NCBI GenBank assembly: GCA_965644295.1
Contig: CBFFRP010000069.1
Span: 186,001 to 250,000 of the forward strand
From: Paraphysomonas bandaiensis
Lineage: Eukaryota; Protista; Chrysophyceae
Length of the DNA: 64,000 bases
Direction of reading: 5' to 3'
Shown one piece after another: positions 25,234 to 39,076 of the stretch. The notes beneath the pieces are model-generated. The model saw nothing but the letters and a program-made list of their open reading frames with translations, searched no databases and was not told the DNA's origin. Positions within the stretch are counted from its first letter, which is position 1. Each line of letters begins with the position of its first letter. A program made the translations under genes and the position numbers.

Positions 25234-26181
25234 TTTCAGCTCCATATACATGATCTCAGATAGTTAATGACGGTTTTATAGAGTCCTAATACAGTGTTTA
25301 TTAATAGTGATATTCTTGGTTTAGTTATTACAGTATTGGGAATATGTATGTATATATGCCACTCGTCGTGCTAGATCTTGTTAATATATATACACATATA
25401 CATGTATCATGTACATGTATGTATGTATGTACACTCATGTTAAGATGCAATGAAGCCAATGCTGCTATTAGCTATATACAGTGTATAAAACCACTGATTT
25501 TGTCAAGACTGAAACACTCTCAGGATAAAAAACGGAATTTTTTTGAGATGTCTTAGTAAAAAAAAACTGAACTTTCTACAAAAACAGTTTTTTATGGTTT
25601 ATCAAGTAAAGAAATCCAGGATTTTTTAATTGTATTTAGTTTTTTTGATGATTACAATACTGTATTTCCCAAAAGGGTGACAACAATCCGTATTTTTTCA
25701 ATGGGAACAAACTATCCGTATTTTTTCAATGGGAACATACGTCAGTATAGATATGAAGGTGACCGTCACTCTTACTAACTTCAAGGATCCACTAGTATTC
25801 CACTAGTAATTCTGATTTTTCTTAAAGTATATAAAATCACGTTAAAAATAATTTCTCTATATAAAAATTACGTATATATATTCCTCTCTATATCTACGTA
25901 TGTCATGTACATATATATCTATACTAAGAACATGATAATTAAACAGAACCACCATGAAATTCATAAATTAACTCTTATATACATACATACATATCATGAT
26001 ATAGATAATGACATATTTCACTATCATATCCTTCTATACATATACTTTAATATAAGTATCACGATATATGGCATCAAGATGGGTAACCCGTGAAGCTTCT
26101 AGGGATCATGGTACCCTCCTTTCTCTTACTCTCTCCTATCAATCATTTACATATATATAAACAGTTTCAATTATATCTATC

Positions 26182-27502
26182 ATGTCTAGAGAGTCACGTC
26201 ATATGGATGAGACCTCTGAAGTAACCAGATATATCACAGAACGAGATACCTCTAGTGAGCAAAGTATACCAACTCCTAAAGTAAAGAAATCACAAAGTAG
26301 AAATTATTCAAAGCATGATTTTGAATCAGTAGAAGAAGAAGTTATTACATGTATATGTGCTAATATATTATCACGAATTAATGAAGCTTCGACTGATAAA
26401 TACTCACCTGTTAAACAATACTCTCTCTTTGATAGAGGTATTACTCGCGGAAAGCTGGTATTACTTTTTATTCTATGATTAAACGATTTTTACGGATGTT
26501 GTGGATCAGGAATGTACTCTGGATAATATCAAGCATGTATTTAGTATTATTTACCAGGAGACTGAAATGGAATACCCGTGTATGGTCATTTCATTGATAT
26601 ATATGGAGCGCATGGTGGAACGCACTAAATTGCGCTTTCGAATATGTGATAAGAATTGGCAGTGCACGCTGTTCATGTGTATGATGCTATCCTCCAAGAT
26701 ATGGGACGATTTTTCAATGATTAATGCGGATTATGCTACGCTTTTTGCTGGTTTTAGTCTGGAAAGCATTAATTCTCTTGAGATGGAGTTATTAGACATC
26801 TTAGATTTTAATGTTGAGGTGTCATCTTCGGAATACCTGAAGCTACATGGCACTATACAGGAGTTGATTTGTGCATCAAAGTTGTTAGAAACTCAGCTTC
26901 GTCTTGAACAGCTTGGAGCAGAGAGAGACATAGCCGATATTTGGGGAAGCGGGGTTGATTCGACAAAGAGTTGTGGGGAGGCAACACCGAAATTGTATGG
27001 TTTCCCAGTGGATACGTCGAATCCACGTAGTGGAGCCACGACAATCGCGCCTGTGTTTTCTGAGGAAAGTGTCATGCCAGGTGCATCTCTACTCCGATCG
27101 CACGATTCGTCGGTATCCTCACACTCTCTTCTGGATTGGGAGGAAAATGAAGAAAAGGAAGTTGCCGTAACTCACCGAAGACTTCTCACATCTACATCTG
27201 GACCAGCGTTTAGTTCCTTCAACGAGAATGGGACAATAAATACTATATCACCGGTCTCTTTAATTCAATGCCATTCCTCTGATGTTTGTAACATCTCAGG
27301 TGTCGGCGATAAGCGTATTCGTCGTTTTATTGAACGATTTACTGGTTCTCTTTCCAGTGGGATGCGTAGTGCTCTTGTTTCCCTGTTCCCTCTTTCTCTA
27401 TCGTTCAGGCTATCTTCTCAAAATACTAAAGTACACCCCACACTTTCAGGTGAAAGAACGGCATCTGCCGAGCATTCTTTTTTGAGATATGAGACCACGT
27501 AG
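26182..27502 (+). CDS. Cyclin Y / Pho80-like cyclin-box protein; intron approx 26458-26509
   Basis: 'CMVISLIYMERM..NW..LF.CMMLSSKIWDD.SM.NAD...INSLE.ELL.IL.FNV.V..SEY' cyclin N domain. Confidence 0.85.
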
Positions 27503-27962
27503 TGTCTACCTCGATGTTCAGTTGATTTTACATGAAATCTTATTTTATGAAATTCATTTGTTTATTATGTACTTTTTTGACAAACCGTCATGGATAATTT
27601 ATTGGAGCCAATAAAGATGATTGCATAGTAATCTATGTCTATGATATGTCACTGGAATAGATGTTAAATTGATTATTCATTATTATTATGACTATTATTA
27701 TATACTTTTACAGTATTCAATTATATTAGTACATTAATATGTTGACTAAGAAATAATAATTTATTGACTGATATATGATACAATAGTTTGTCTTTGCGAA
27801 TTAGGTTGGCGTGGTTCAGCATACTATTGAGTTTAGCTCTTTGAGAGCAGGCAGGCTTGCGTAACAATTAATTGGTTTTCAATTTGTTGGCAATAAATGG
27901 TCAGTTGTTACACAAGCCTGAGAGCAGCTAGTAGTTATTCGAATTATGACAGTTACTTGAAG

Positions 27963-28076
27963 CAGGGCCTGGTTACCATTAATGGCCCACTAAAGATAGT
28001 CCAGTTCCCGGCAATTATAATGGCATTACCATTAATGGCCATTAATGCCATTACCATAAACGGCTACCAGGCCCTG
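27963..28076. mobile_element. hAT-like MITE, copy 2
   Basis: Perfect 11-bp TIR CAGGGCCTGGT/ACCAGGCCCTG; 8-bp TSD acttgaag; internal CCATTAATGG palindromes. Confidence 0.92.
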
Positions 28077-28628
28077 ACTTGAAGAATACTGTTGATATTA
28101 ACAGTATTCCATGAACTATTGAGATGATAGGAATAATGTAGTGAGTCTGAAATATATCGACTACATAAGACCGTGTCTATCTGAGTATGAAAATGATTGG
28201 TAGTTGAAGTATCATGGATTTAGTGAAAGGTTGATCATAATCTATAATTGAAGCATTGAGAGCATATCTGTATATCACATTCAGTTACTGTAATTAAGCT
28301 TTAACCCATTCAACAACATGTCAAACCTTGATACAGGATACAGCACGGTTTTATGTTTTATGGCGTACATCAGCAGGAATTGGTGAATGATTATATCCAA
28401 TCGGTTATCTATTACCACCAACCAACTGTAATCCTAGTTTAGAGTTTAGATCAATCCCTTGTATGCAATTAGCGAAATGACCACAAAGCTAGCCAATTTC
28501 ATCAGTATTGTAGCAACAACAACCAATGAATGTTCACGAATAATAAAAGTTGAATAACTCACAAATAATATATATACGAAAAGTATACTCAGTACCAAAC
28601 AGTGACGCACAATATGTAGTAAATATTT

Positions 28629-30269
28629 CTAATGAGGTAGCAATATCGTAGTGCTCGAATCGAACCCTAGACTCTTGACGTGTCGCACAAAATATGACTC
28701 CTCATTCGGCTTATCTAACATTCTTTGACCAAGAACATACTGCATGCAGTGCTCGGAAGACTCTTTGTACTGTGTCCTAGCTGTATCACCGCTACCACTG
28801 CACGGTGTTACAAACACACCATATTTTTGTTTCACTGCACATATGCAATGTTGCAAGAGTCGAAGTCGGGAAACCATTCCTTCTCCCGTATGCATGGGTG
28901 AAAGTAGATTTACAGCATGTTCTCGAGCCTCCGCAGCCATAGCTCTATAGCGCGGAAGGTACAAATGTACCTGACGTAATGCATGACCAGCAGCACCAAG
29001 ATCAGGGTCCGCCCATAGCATATCTGTGGTATATGGCCCAAATTCTCTCGATACCTACCGTTTATGCCTCAACTACGTTTACATTAAAAAGAAAACACTT
29101 ACATTAACCAAACTGTAAGGTATTCGAAGTTCAGGGGCACGTGATTCGTACAGGGGCTGCATAAATTGTTCAGAGCCTCCAAATGCAGTACTTATAATTG
29201 GTGTACCGGCAAGTACACCTTCCAGGATATTCAGTCCCCATCCCTCACTTCTATGCAGAGATATATAACAATCAACAGCCGCCTTGAGGTCCAACAATCG
29301 ATGTGTAGGCAACACGCCGTCCATCATAACCACTCGGTCGTCCACCTCCTTGTTTTCGATTACCCACTTTAAATGTTCATAGTCCCCAGGTTGATGGGAA
29401 GCATGACTTGATTTAAGAATGAGACCAACCTCAACACTGTGTCCACTGTTTGGAAAAACAGACCTGAACGCCCGAATGATTCCCTCAATATTTTTACGAT
29501 TGCTGTCCGAATTGAAGTCAAATATTGCCAAAAAGAGGGTGGCAGAACTCACCGGATCTGCCCACCGCCGCATGCTGGAAAGAGTATTTCGTGTACATTG
29601 AGTGCACTGTTGGGTCTCCGAATACCCTGGTATGGTATCCAATAGTCGACTCCTAGCCTGTTGTCGGCGAGTTGTCGAAATAGGATCAGGGAGGTGCTCA
29701 TAGCCATAAGGAATGACCTTTACTCGCACTTGATGTCGGGGGAAGGAAGGTGTCGCTAAGACAGCATCAGCAACGTATTGCGACGGCACCCATATCTCGT
29801 CATAAAAACGACCAGCTGCACCTTGCTCAATGGGTAGACGAGAGGTCTCCCAGTGCCATAAACCAATTCGATATTGGTTGTGTGAGATAGCATTGTCAGG
29901 ATCTTTCATTACTGGCACTGTATTTGCAGCATTTATAATCAACAAACTAAACATATAATCTCTTACTCGAGTATCAAGATGACTATTTTCTATAATTTTA
30001 TTCGTATGAGAATGTAATGCAGCCCCATTAACAGTTATAGCAGATACAGGTACATTATTAGCTAATAGACTCTTTAATACACATCGAGCAGTTGTTCCAC
30101 CACCAAAATCACCTCTAATCCATCCATATAAATTAACTCCAAATGATCCATAAATTGATAAAGTTGATATATTATGATAAGAGTTGTAAGAGAGGTAATG
30201 TATATGTGGTAATGGGCATGTTAAGGATAGTATGAGTAAGAGTGAGAGTGTTATATCTAAACTCTTCAT
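28629..30269 (-). CDS. GT-B fold glycosyltransferase (GT4-like) with N-terminal signal/anchor; intron approx 29056-29102
   Basis: WETS, DEIWVPSQYV, RKNIEGIIRAF, DCYISLHRSEGWGLNILEG, WADPD motifs; start taken at MKSLDITLSLLLILSL. Confidence 0.85.
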
Positions 30270-30814
30270 TATTAAATGATATGAGTGAATAGAGAAAGCG
30301 GAAAAGGGTAAGGGGTAAGGAAAAGAAGGAGGGAAGGAGGTTGAAAGGGAAGGATAAGATGTTTGTGATGTATGAGGTGAAGTGTTTAGATTATTGCTAT
30401 TAAGGGTGTTACTTGGTACTGTGTATATGAGATTGAGACCTTGAGAAGAATGAAGAAAATTAATTTGATGACTATAAAACCAGGGTTTTTGTGTATAAAT
30501 CAGAGGTTTCCGAGTATGTATGTACATATAGGTAGCAAGGTACTGAATGCATGTCGGTAGGTACAGTTAGTAGCAAGGCACTGTATGTAGGTAGGTAGGT
30601 ACTGTTACTCTATGTATATAGGTAGGTACTGTTGGTAGCAAGGTACTGCATGTATGTAGGCAGGTATAGATAGGCCTGTAAATTATCGCTATCAATATTT
30701 GGTGTACTTGTCTTGTCATACTGCATACATGATACATACATACATCTATGAGGTGGGTATATTAGAGTATCATAACACACCATCTTATTAATCCATAGTA
30801 ACATAACTAACACC

Positions 30815-31711
30815 ATGCCAATTCCTACAACATCATCAATCATACAATCTATACATAGTTGCAATGATTCAACACGTGGTGGTATTGATACAGATGCACG
30901 TGCTGTTAAAGAGGACTTATTAGCTTTAGGTATCGATATTGATTGTCAAATAATAACAAGAATGCAAAATCTTGGTTTAGGATCAACATGGTCAGCAACA
31001 TCACAAGCAGCATCATCATTACGTAAAAGAAATCCACATGGGGTTCCTTCATCTGTAGCATATCAAAACTTAAGTGATCCAATGGAAGCCACACATCAAG
31101 AGAAAAGGGAGGTTGAAAAAGAATGGGATACAGTCGATGTACAAAAAATTCATAACTTTTTAAATTTTTTACAAAATCCATCTAGTCATATTAATCGTTC
31201 TACACGAACAGCTGTATTGAATTTAATACAAATATTTAAGATTCAATATGCTCGATCTTCTGATAAGTTTATTGAAACTATTCTTGGGATTAAGAATAAG
31301 AAGGTCAGTGATCATATCATATATTTCATACAGTTGTAAATCATTTATATCTAGGGCCTTATTCAAGCCGGCCAGATCATGAGAACTAGGTACATTGAGC
31401 ACAATGCGTTTGCGGACATGATAGTTCGGTTGCACCGACAGGCTACAAGCGATCAAATATTGGTCATTTTTAATGCTCTGAAGCAGTCAATAGATATTGG
31501 TGGTATATCGCGGGTTGTTGTAGATTTGAAGGCATTCCTACTTCTCCTCCAGGTAGCCAGCCAAGATTCTCGCCGTAGTTTCGGAGATAAATCTTCCAAA
31601 ATAGCGAATGATGTGGAGTTCTGGAACCAACGTCGTGCTCGTATCCGAAATGGACCCACCGATAATCCAATTCTTCCTGGTGCATCGAGGTCATCAAGCA
31701 GTGCTCGATGA
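30815..31711 (+). CDS. Hypothetical protein; intron 31304-31354
   Basis: Two ORFs joined in frame by a GT-AG intron; no recognisable motif. Confidence 0.65.
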
Positions 31712-32013
31712 TTGTTTTGAACTTGTCTACTGAACTATATAGCTACTATATACAAAATATACTTAGAAGTAGCGTAATATTTTGTATTTTATGGGGCTCT
31801 ATTTTTGTTTTATATATTGTTAGTAACGCTATAACTCTTTCTTTGTACCTGTACTAAACTAATGAAATAATATAAAAAAAGAAATGCAAACATAATTTGT
31901 AGTATTATCTAGACAACATCGTCATTTCCTATTTGGAATGAGTTTTTAGTAGAACATGAAGATGTATTTTCTACTTTTTTACACCAGTGTAAAACGAAAG
32001 TCGCTCTGAGCCT

Positions 32014-32765
32014 TCACAATCTAATTGCTTTAGGAAGCTTACTGTCAATTGCCTGTACTGTAGCTCCTTTACAAATCAAACCAGTACGCCATCGCATCAC
32101 TCGAATTTTTAGTAGGTATGTAATAAACACCAATGTAGCCATCTCCTTGTCATGGAAGAACTTGTGTCGTTGCTTGAAGATACAAATATAAAAACGGAAG
32201 CTATAATATAGTAGCAATAGGGCCAAAACTGGCAGTATTTCCGCTTGTAATTCCCACAGCATACAGAATTGCATCCATTTGATAAGGGACACACTCATAG
32301 TACTTTTCAGTTATTGGAGCCGGAGGATTATCTTGAGTTATTGTAGAGTATAAGACCTACAAAAAGTTCTAAGTCCTGACAAACTGGGTCTTGACCACCC
32401 ACTGAGCAGTCTAGACAAGAGTTATTGTAATGTGTCATCACAGGAATTGCATATGTAGTGTCATAATCGACTTTAGAAGAATAATACTTATTATTCTGGA
32501 CAGCTAGAATGCAGTAGTCAAACGAAGGTGCACCCGATACGTTCAGGCACCAAATAGGATTCATGAGTGGGAACTGTGGGTGAAACTTAGCTACCTACCG
32601 AAGAATTATAGATTTGCTCTTGAACAATATCGCTGACCGATTCCAATGAATTCACAGGTATAGTTCCCATATTAACTTCCATGTACAGTACAAACTGATC
32701 TAGCGTTCCATCATACCCAAGATGAAAAGGATTTGCAGCTTGGTCACATCCTCCATATTCGTCTG
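32014..32765 (-). pseudogene. Possible disrupted or mis-assembled gene for a Cys-containing membrane protein
   Basis: Protein-like minus-strand segments interrupted by stops and frame changes without clear introns. Confidence 0.3.
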
Positions 32766-33258
32766 TATATTCCTTCTAGCTAACTCCATGCATATCAAAA
32801 GTAGCACTGCACTCTCGTTGTCGTAACAGTAAAAGAGACAGATGTCATGATAATAGCCTATCAATTTAATATATCACATTTTCATTGGATAAAACTCAAA
32901 CACACCACATACTTATTTTCAACCTATCAAATGTATATATTACTCTTCCATTGGATACAAGTCTATCGAATTTATATACCTATCAAGATTATATATTACC
33001 TTTTCATGGCTTTTGATTGGATAGAATCACTTGTCTAAACAAATACTTTTATCATACACCAAACATATACACACATATACATATACATACATGTACACAC
33101 ACACACATAGTGTATATATACATACATATAAGTCCATCACTATAACATCATTAGAGGCATATTCTCATCATATATACAGTAATGAGTTCTTATTTCTTAA
33201 TCCTATAGATTCTCAACACACTCTTTATTCCCCTTTATCACATTACATAAAAGGGAAC

Positions 33259-36200
33259 ATGAGATATAGGGTTATAATAGTATTCTTAGCTATAGTGGGG
33301 TATGTATATGCTCAATGGCCATTATATCCATATACAATCAATTATAATAGAAATAAGACATATATTCATGGAATTCATGCTGGTATTTATATTGGATCTT
33401 CAAGTGATAGTGATGATATAGGAAGATGCATATTATATGACTGTAATTCATCTCTATTGTCTGATGTTATGAGAATGATCGTTCCCATAGCGATCCACAC
33501 TAATCTTATGTATCGGACTTCGTTTTTGCCATTACTTTCGGGAACGGATTGTGAGAAAATATGTGAACAGTTGACTTCTTCTCTAGTTATACACACTAGA
33601 ACCTTGGTCGTCTTGACTACCTGTAACCACATTGATGCTACTCTATCTTCGCTGCATGCATTGAGGCATCAGAGTGATGATTTCGATATTGTCGTTATTG
33701 ATGACTTTTCTGTAGATGGTACGCCAGACATTCTTATCAAACAGGTTACACTGTCACGTTATTGATGCGAATCTGAATTGTGTACTGTACAGGGCTATTT
33801 CGTCATAGGGAAAGCATCTGGTCAAGGTCTTACCGACTCATGGAATATTGCATACAGGTAAATATATTTACGTTCTATTTGTAGTCCTTGAACTATTATT
33901 TTGCAGGCTTGCGAAACTGATGCAGTACGAATACATTATTTTTGCAAATAATGATGTATTGGTTCCTGACAAGGTGGTCGGAGATCTGGTGGAGTCTTTG
34001 GATAATCCTCGGCATCCCGTTGTTGTTCCCCTCACTACGCGTCATGCATGCGGCCATAATCCTGCTCAGAGCATTAATAATGTGCATAGCCTGTCTCCTT
34101 CTCAGACCTTGTACAGTTTTTCTAAGGGCAACTTCAATCGCGTTCAGGCAGGACTCTCCAAACGAGGAAAAGAGAAGAACGGTGACCGTGAACTTTATTC
34201 TACTTATTTTCCCTGACTATTTTCCTTCACCAGATACAGAGAAGCTATTACTCTCTGAATGGAAAGATAAAATAAGGTTCAATGGTTTTTTCTTTGCGGT
34301 GAACATACGAAACATTGCTGGCGCAGCCTACAACGAAAACAATTTATTTGATCCTAATGCCACAATGGTAATGGCGATTTTGTGATTTGTATGGTCTAAA
34401 TGTGGTATAGGTGTTCCAGGAAGATTTACTCACGACAAGAATGATGAGCAAAGGACAGTTTCCAGCAATTAATAAATATACATTTGTATATCACGAAAAA
34501 TCTGTCACAGTAAAGGTATTATTTTCTGTGTATATTGTTCTTATTGTGGTCGTAAAATGCATATGGAAGCACTCGTTGACCTTTTGCACACTGAGGGTTT
34601 GATGATAGGCTGCTAACTATATATCGGGGTCTACAGAAACTCGTAATAATATATCCTTTTATCACCCAGAGATGAGGGGAAATTTAGAGAGGGCAACATT
34701 CCCAAACCTCTATTCTACGTACCGCGAACTTGAGGCGGCAAGGGCGAAAAGCTGTATCCTATACCCAGACGAGAAAGCCCTAAATCCACTGTAGTGATTG
34801 GAATTGCTTTTTCTACTGCCCATGAGGAGATTGTAAAGGTACAGCCCCCTTTTTCACTGATCAGCCTATATTAGTAACTCTTCCAGAATCTCTATGTCAG
34901 CCTTCTGCGGGGTTTCAAAGTGGACTTTCGACTGCTTCCAGAGGTAGATTGCTTGATTTATCGATAGATTTCTACTAACAAGTAGCACTTTATAGACCAA
35001 TCAGAAATCTGGGCCTGACAACCTGGCTGATATCGACGTGTTGGTTGTGACCAACCCAACATATGATTACATTAGGGTGTGTTGGCTGTATGTTAGATAT
35101 TTGTACTTGTATGATGTGATGCAGGGAATAAATTCGAAATCAACGCTACGAGTTGTTCTTTGGATGCTAGATGGTGCAAAAAGGTAAATTGTAATACTTG
35201 GACCGCTGTAAGTATCAAGTATTGCCAATGACAGATGGATAAATTTACGTTGGCTTGGGAATGCGGATATTTTTATGCTTTCCACTGTGCAGGATATGGA
35301 GTTAATGAGGGAGCATGACGGTTTGTGATCAAACGGTGGTATCTTTTATTTATCATATGCTGCACAGATTTTCCGGTTGCATGTTTCGTAAAATGTCCGG
35401 CCTTCTTTCAAGACTTTGCGCAAACTCGTATGCACATGCCACGTACGTGTTTACTCTGAAGATGTAGTGTGTTGTGTAATTTTTTGGGTCACAGTACGAT
35501 TGTTGTTTCATGACCATGGCGTCGATGTGCTGACTACACAGTTTGTGCAAAACTTACAAGGTGTGATATTTGTTGGAACTATACATAAGTATAAGTAATG
35601 TACTTTGAATAACTGTAGAAGAGCTGGATGTGGATATACCGAAGTACATTGAAACTGAAGACACTAAATCTGAGTTGCCAGGCATATGTATGGCTCTCCG
35701 TGTCACCCATGGTATGTTTCCTTATCGCTATGCAGCGTTATAATATATAATAATTAACGTTTATATGTAGGCCACATTGAGTCAATTTATAAATACCTGC
35801 GCACTCTCTCTGCAAGTTTTGCGAGCTCTGATTGGGCGAAACGTAATATGCTTCGTGTCTTTCTAATTAATGTAGACGAGGGATCTAAATCATTGACTGC
35901 GCTCATGACGTCGATAGTGGACCGACTTAATGGTGGTCGAGGTTCCAAATTCGTTCAGGTTACTTCCCCGTTTTTTTCTACCCGATTGTAACATTCTCCG
36001 TATTTTCATAGCTGAAGCTCGTTTTGTCCGGTCATTACCAGTTTGGAGTTCGGATAAGACATCATTTGTCTGGAATGGAATCTGTAGATTTTCTACTGGA
36101 CTACTTCAAGTCTTCGGTGAGTAATGTTTGTACAATGTGATACCTATTTACTGTACTTGTGTTTGCATGCAGAGGATCTGCGAGTGGATCATCGTAGCTA

Positions 36201-36699
36201 CTCCGAATAGAAATTTCACGATGGTAAACACCTTTTGTTTCCCTATTTTGACGTACAATGAAATCGTGTTGTAGGGTGATTTTAACGATGCGTTTCATTC
36301 CTTAAACAGTCAACCTTCGGTGCGCAGAGCTGATCTTGCACATACATAATAATGACTAAATATTGTGTATAGGATCATAGAAGCAATATACTTCGGTTAG
36401 GTAGTATTTCAAGGTGTGTATAAGTTTTGGCGGTTAAGGAAACATGCAAGCTGACTCGGTGTTTGCGTAGCGTGGAGAAAAAAACTTCTACGGGAGGTCT
36501 TTCAGATTTTGGTGATTATATGATCCGGACAAGTTTATATACGGCGTCGTCGCCTTACAGCTCCTTGCTACCAGATGGAATGTTTAGTCAGTTCATTTCT
36601 GCAAGAGAATATTTTTTATACTTAGCATTAGTCAGTAGAATGGAAAAAAAGATTAGTGGGGACAATGAAACTTATGCAGTGCATACGATAAATAGATAG
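33259..36699 (+). CDS. Multi-exon secretory-pathway glycosyltransferase (N-terminal GT2-like domain plus further domains)
   Basis: Signal peptide MRYRVIIVFLAIVGYVYA; 'VVLTTCN..DIVVIDDFSVDGT', 'GLTDSWN', 'YIIFANNDV'; many short GT-AG introns; 3' exon structure approximate. Confidence 0.75.
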
Positions 36700-37408
36700 A
36701 TGTCCCATAGATATATACAGAATCCCGTGGTGTCGATGTTATCTTGTCGTCATAGTTGTTGCGATGGATTGCCTGCGATTACTATTTTAATTGAGAAATA
36801 ATAGTAATGAAGAGGCTGATACACGCTCAAGAAGCAATAAGAATATGATGAATTTGTATCTTTATTCAAGGAAAAAGCCATTCCCTACTACAAATTTTCG
36901 GCATAGCTAAATAATATACATGGTAATTATTAAAAAATGACATTATTAGCACGTTTAATAAGCAATAAAACTAAGATGACCATTGAAATATGAGAATTAT
37001 AAAACTTCAATTATAAATAACATCACATATCATTCATTGTCATTCACCAACTCTTTTATCTCTTCTACAAAATCTACTTCTAGTACGATCTTATATCGTC
37101 ACCATCTTGTATAGTCAATATATTTTAGTTTCGTTGCTACAATAGCCATCATATTCATAATACAGTCAAGTACTACTGTATTCATTCAGTAACGGGCATT
37201 ACTCAAATCTCAAATACCTATACCTACAGCTTTTAATCGCTCATAAGCAGCAAAATTCAGCAGTAATACCAAACCGCTTTTGAACCTTTTGAAATGATAA
37301 CGACTAGCAAGTTGGTGTTTTAAAGTATTGCTTCACAATCGATATAAGTGACATTACTGGTGATGGCATTATTGTGTTACTACATTTCAAAGTATATTCA
37401 AAATAATT

Positions 37409-38110
37409 TTACATAGCTAAATACGGCAACATGATTCCAGACACAACTAACAGCAAAATAGAATTAATTTCAACTCTGGTGGCAGGGCTAGCTATAGCAG
37501 TGCACGTGAAATCAATATCATCATTTGTTGTGTCGTGTTGACAAACAGCTCTGCACTCATTCAAAAGTTGGTTATATATCTAAAGGAACAATGTTAATCA
37601 ATAAAACGTATTTCTTTGAAATACCTCTGTATGCTCGCAACCCGTTTTTCGTAAGCATGCAAGTCCAACAGGATATGCTGACGTCTCGTATATAATGTCA
37701 AATTTTCTCTTCTTCGCAACATATCTTGGGCAGCATGATGTATCATATTCTTCACTGATTGCACTAATCGTACATCCTGTAGGAACTGTTCCTGATAAGT
37801 TTCGTCGCATATCATCAAGACATCCCATTGCTTCTCGTATTTCACATCCCAAACACTGTTCATATGGTGGAATCTTACCACTTTCAATAATAATACAATT
37901 AGAACCTGTATATATATATACATATATAGTAAACTACACTGTATAAGACATATATACATATCTAAATACCGATTAGATAACGTCTCCATGTCTCCCATGT
38001 GGATTGTTCTCCCATGACACTGATATGAGACACTATACAGAGATATAAACAATAATAAATATGAAATAACATGATTATGAGAGTGCTTTTTATATATTGT
38101 TATATCTCAT
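37409..38110 (-). CDS. Small Cys-rich secreted protein with hydrophobic C-terminus (possibly GPI-anchored)
   Basis: Exons read ..CLGCEIREAMGCLDDMRRN..CCP..C..C/IYNQLLNECRAVC..ILLLVVSGIMLPYLAM*; start codon unresolved. Confidence 0.55.
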
Positions 38111-38342
38111 TCTTTATGAAAGGTATGAATATGATGTTATATATTATGGTTATGGTAAGTTAAGTAGACATGGACTGCATGTATGTATATATGCACTGTG
38201 TGTGTATATATACATGTATATATGAGAAGTAACAGACAGATATGAGTTCATATGTACATGTACAGGAAGCATATATACATATGGGTGTATATTACGTTGT
38301 ACTGGGAGTAGGAGACAGGAGCAGCAGGATAGAAGTACTGCT

Positions 38343-39010
38343 GTATGTATGTATGTATGTATGTATGTATGTATGTATGTATGTATGTATGTATGTATGT
38401 ATGTATGTATGTATGTATGTATGTATGTATGTATGTATGTATGTATGTATGTATGTATGTATGTATGTATGTATGTATGTATGTATGTATGTATGTATGT
38501 ATGTATGTATGTATGTATGTATGTATGTATGTATGTATGTATGTATGTATGTATGTATGTATGTATGTATGTATGTATGTATGTATGTATGTATGTATGT
38601 ATGTATGTATGTATGTATGTATGTATGTATGTATGTATGTATGTATGTATGTATGTATGTATGTATGTATGTATGTATGTATGTATGTATGTATGTATGT
38701 ATCTATGTATGTATGTATGTATGTATGTATGTATGTATGTATGTATGTATGTATGTATGTATGTATGTATGTATGTATGTATGTATGTATGTATGTATGT
38801 ATGTATGTATGTATGTATGTATGTATGTATGTATGTATGTATGTATGTATGTATGTATGTATGTATGTATGTATGTATGTATGTATGTATGTATGTATGT
38901 ATGTATGTATGTATGTATGTATGTATGTATGTATGTATGTATGTATGTATGTATGTATGTATGTATGTATGTATGTATGTATGTATGTATGTATGTATGT
39001 ATGTATGTAT
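38343..39010. repeat. (TATG)n microsatellite, ~670 bp
   Basis: Direct; one variant near 38703. Confidence 0.99.
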
Positions 39011-39076
39011 CATAGGCATGCTATTCATATTAAGAACAGTGCACATATTCTCCACCCCCCTCTTCCAGTACACATC

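Noticed and set aside
38345-39076. N-terminal ~240 aa of the 1405-aa ORF
   Set aside because: Microsatellite read-through; the plausible start is the ATG at 39077
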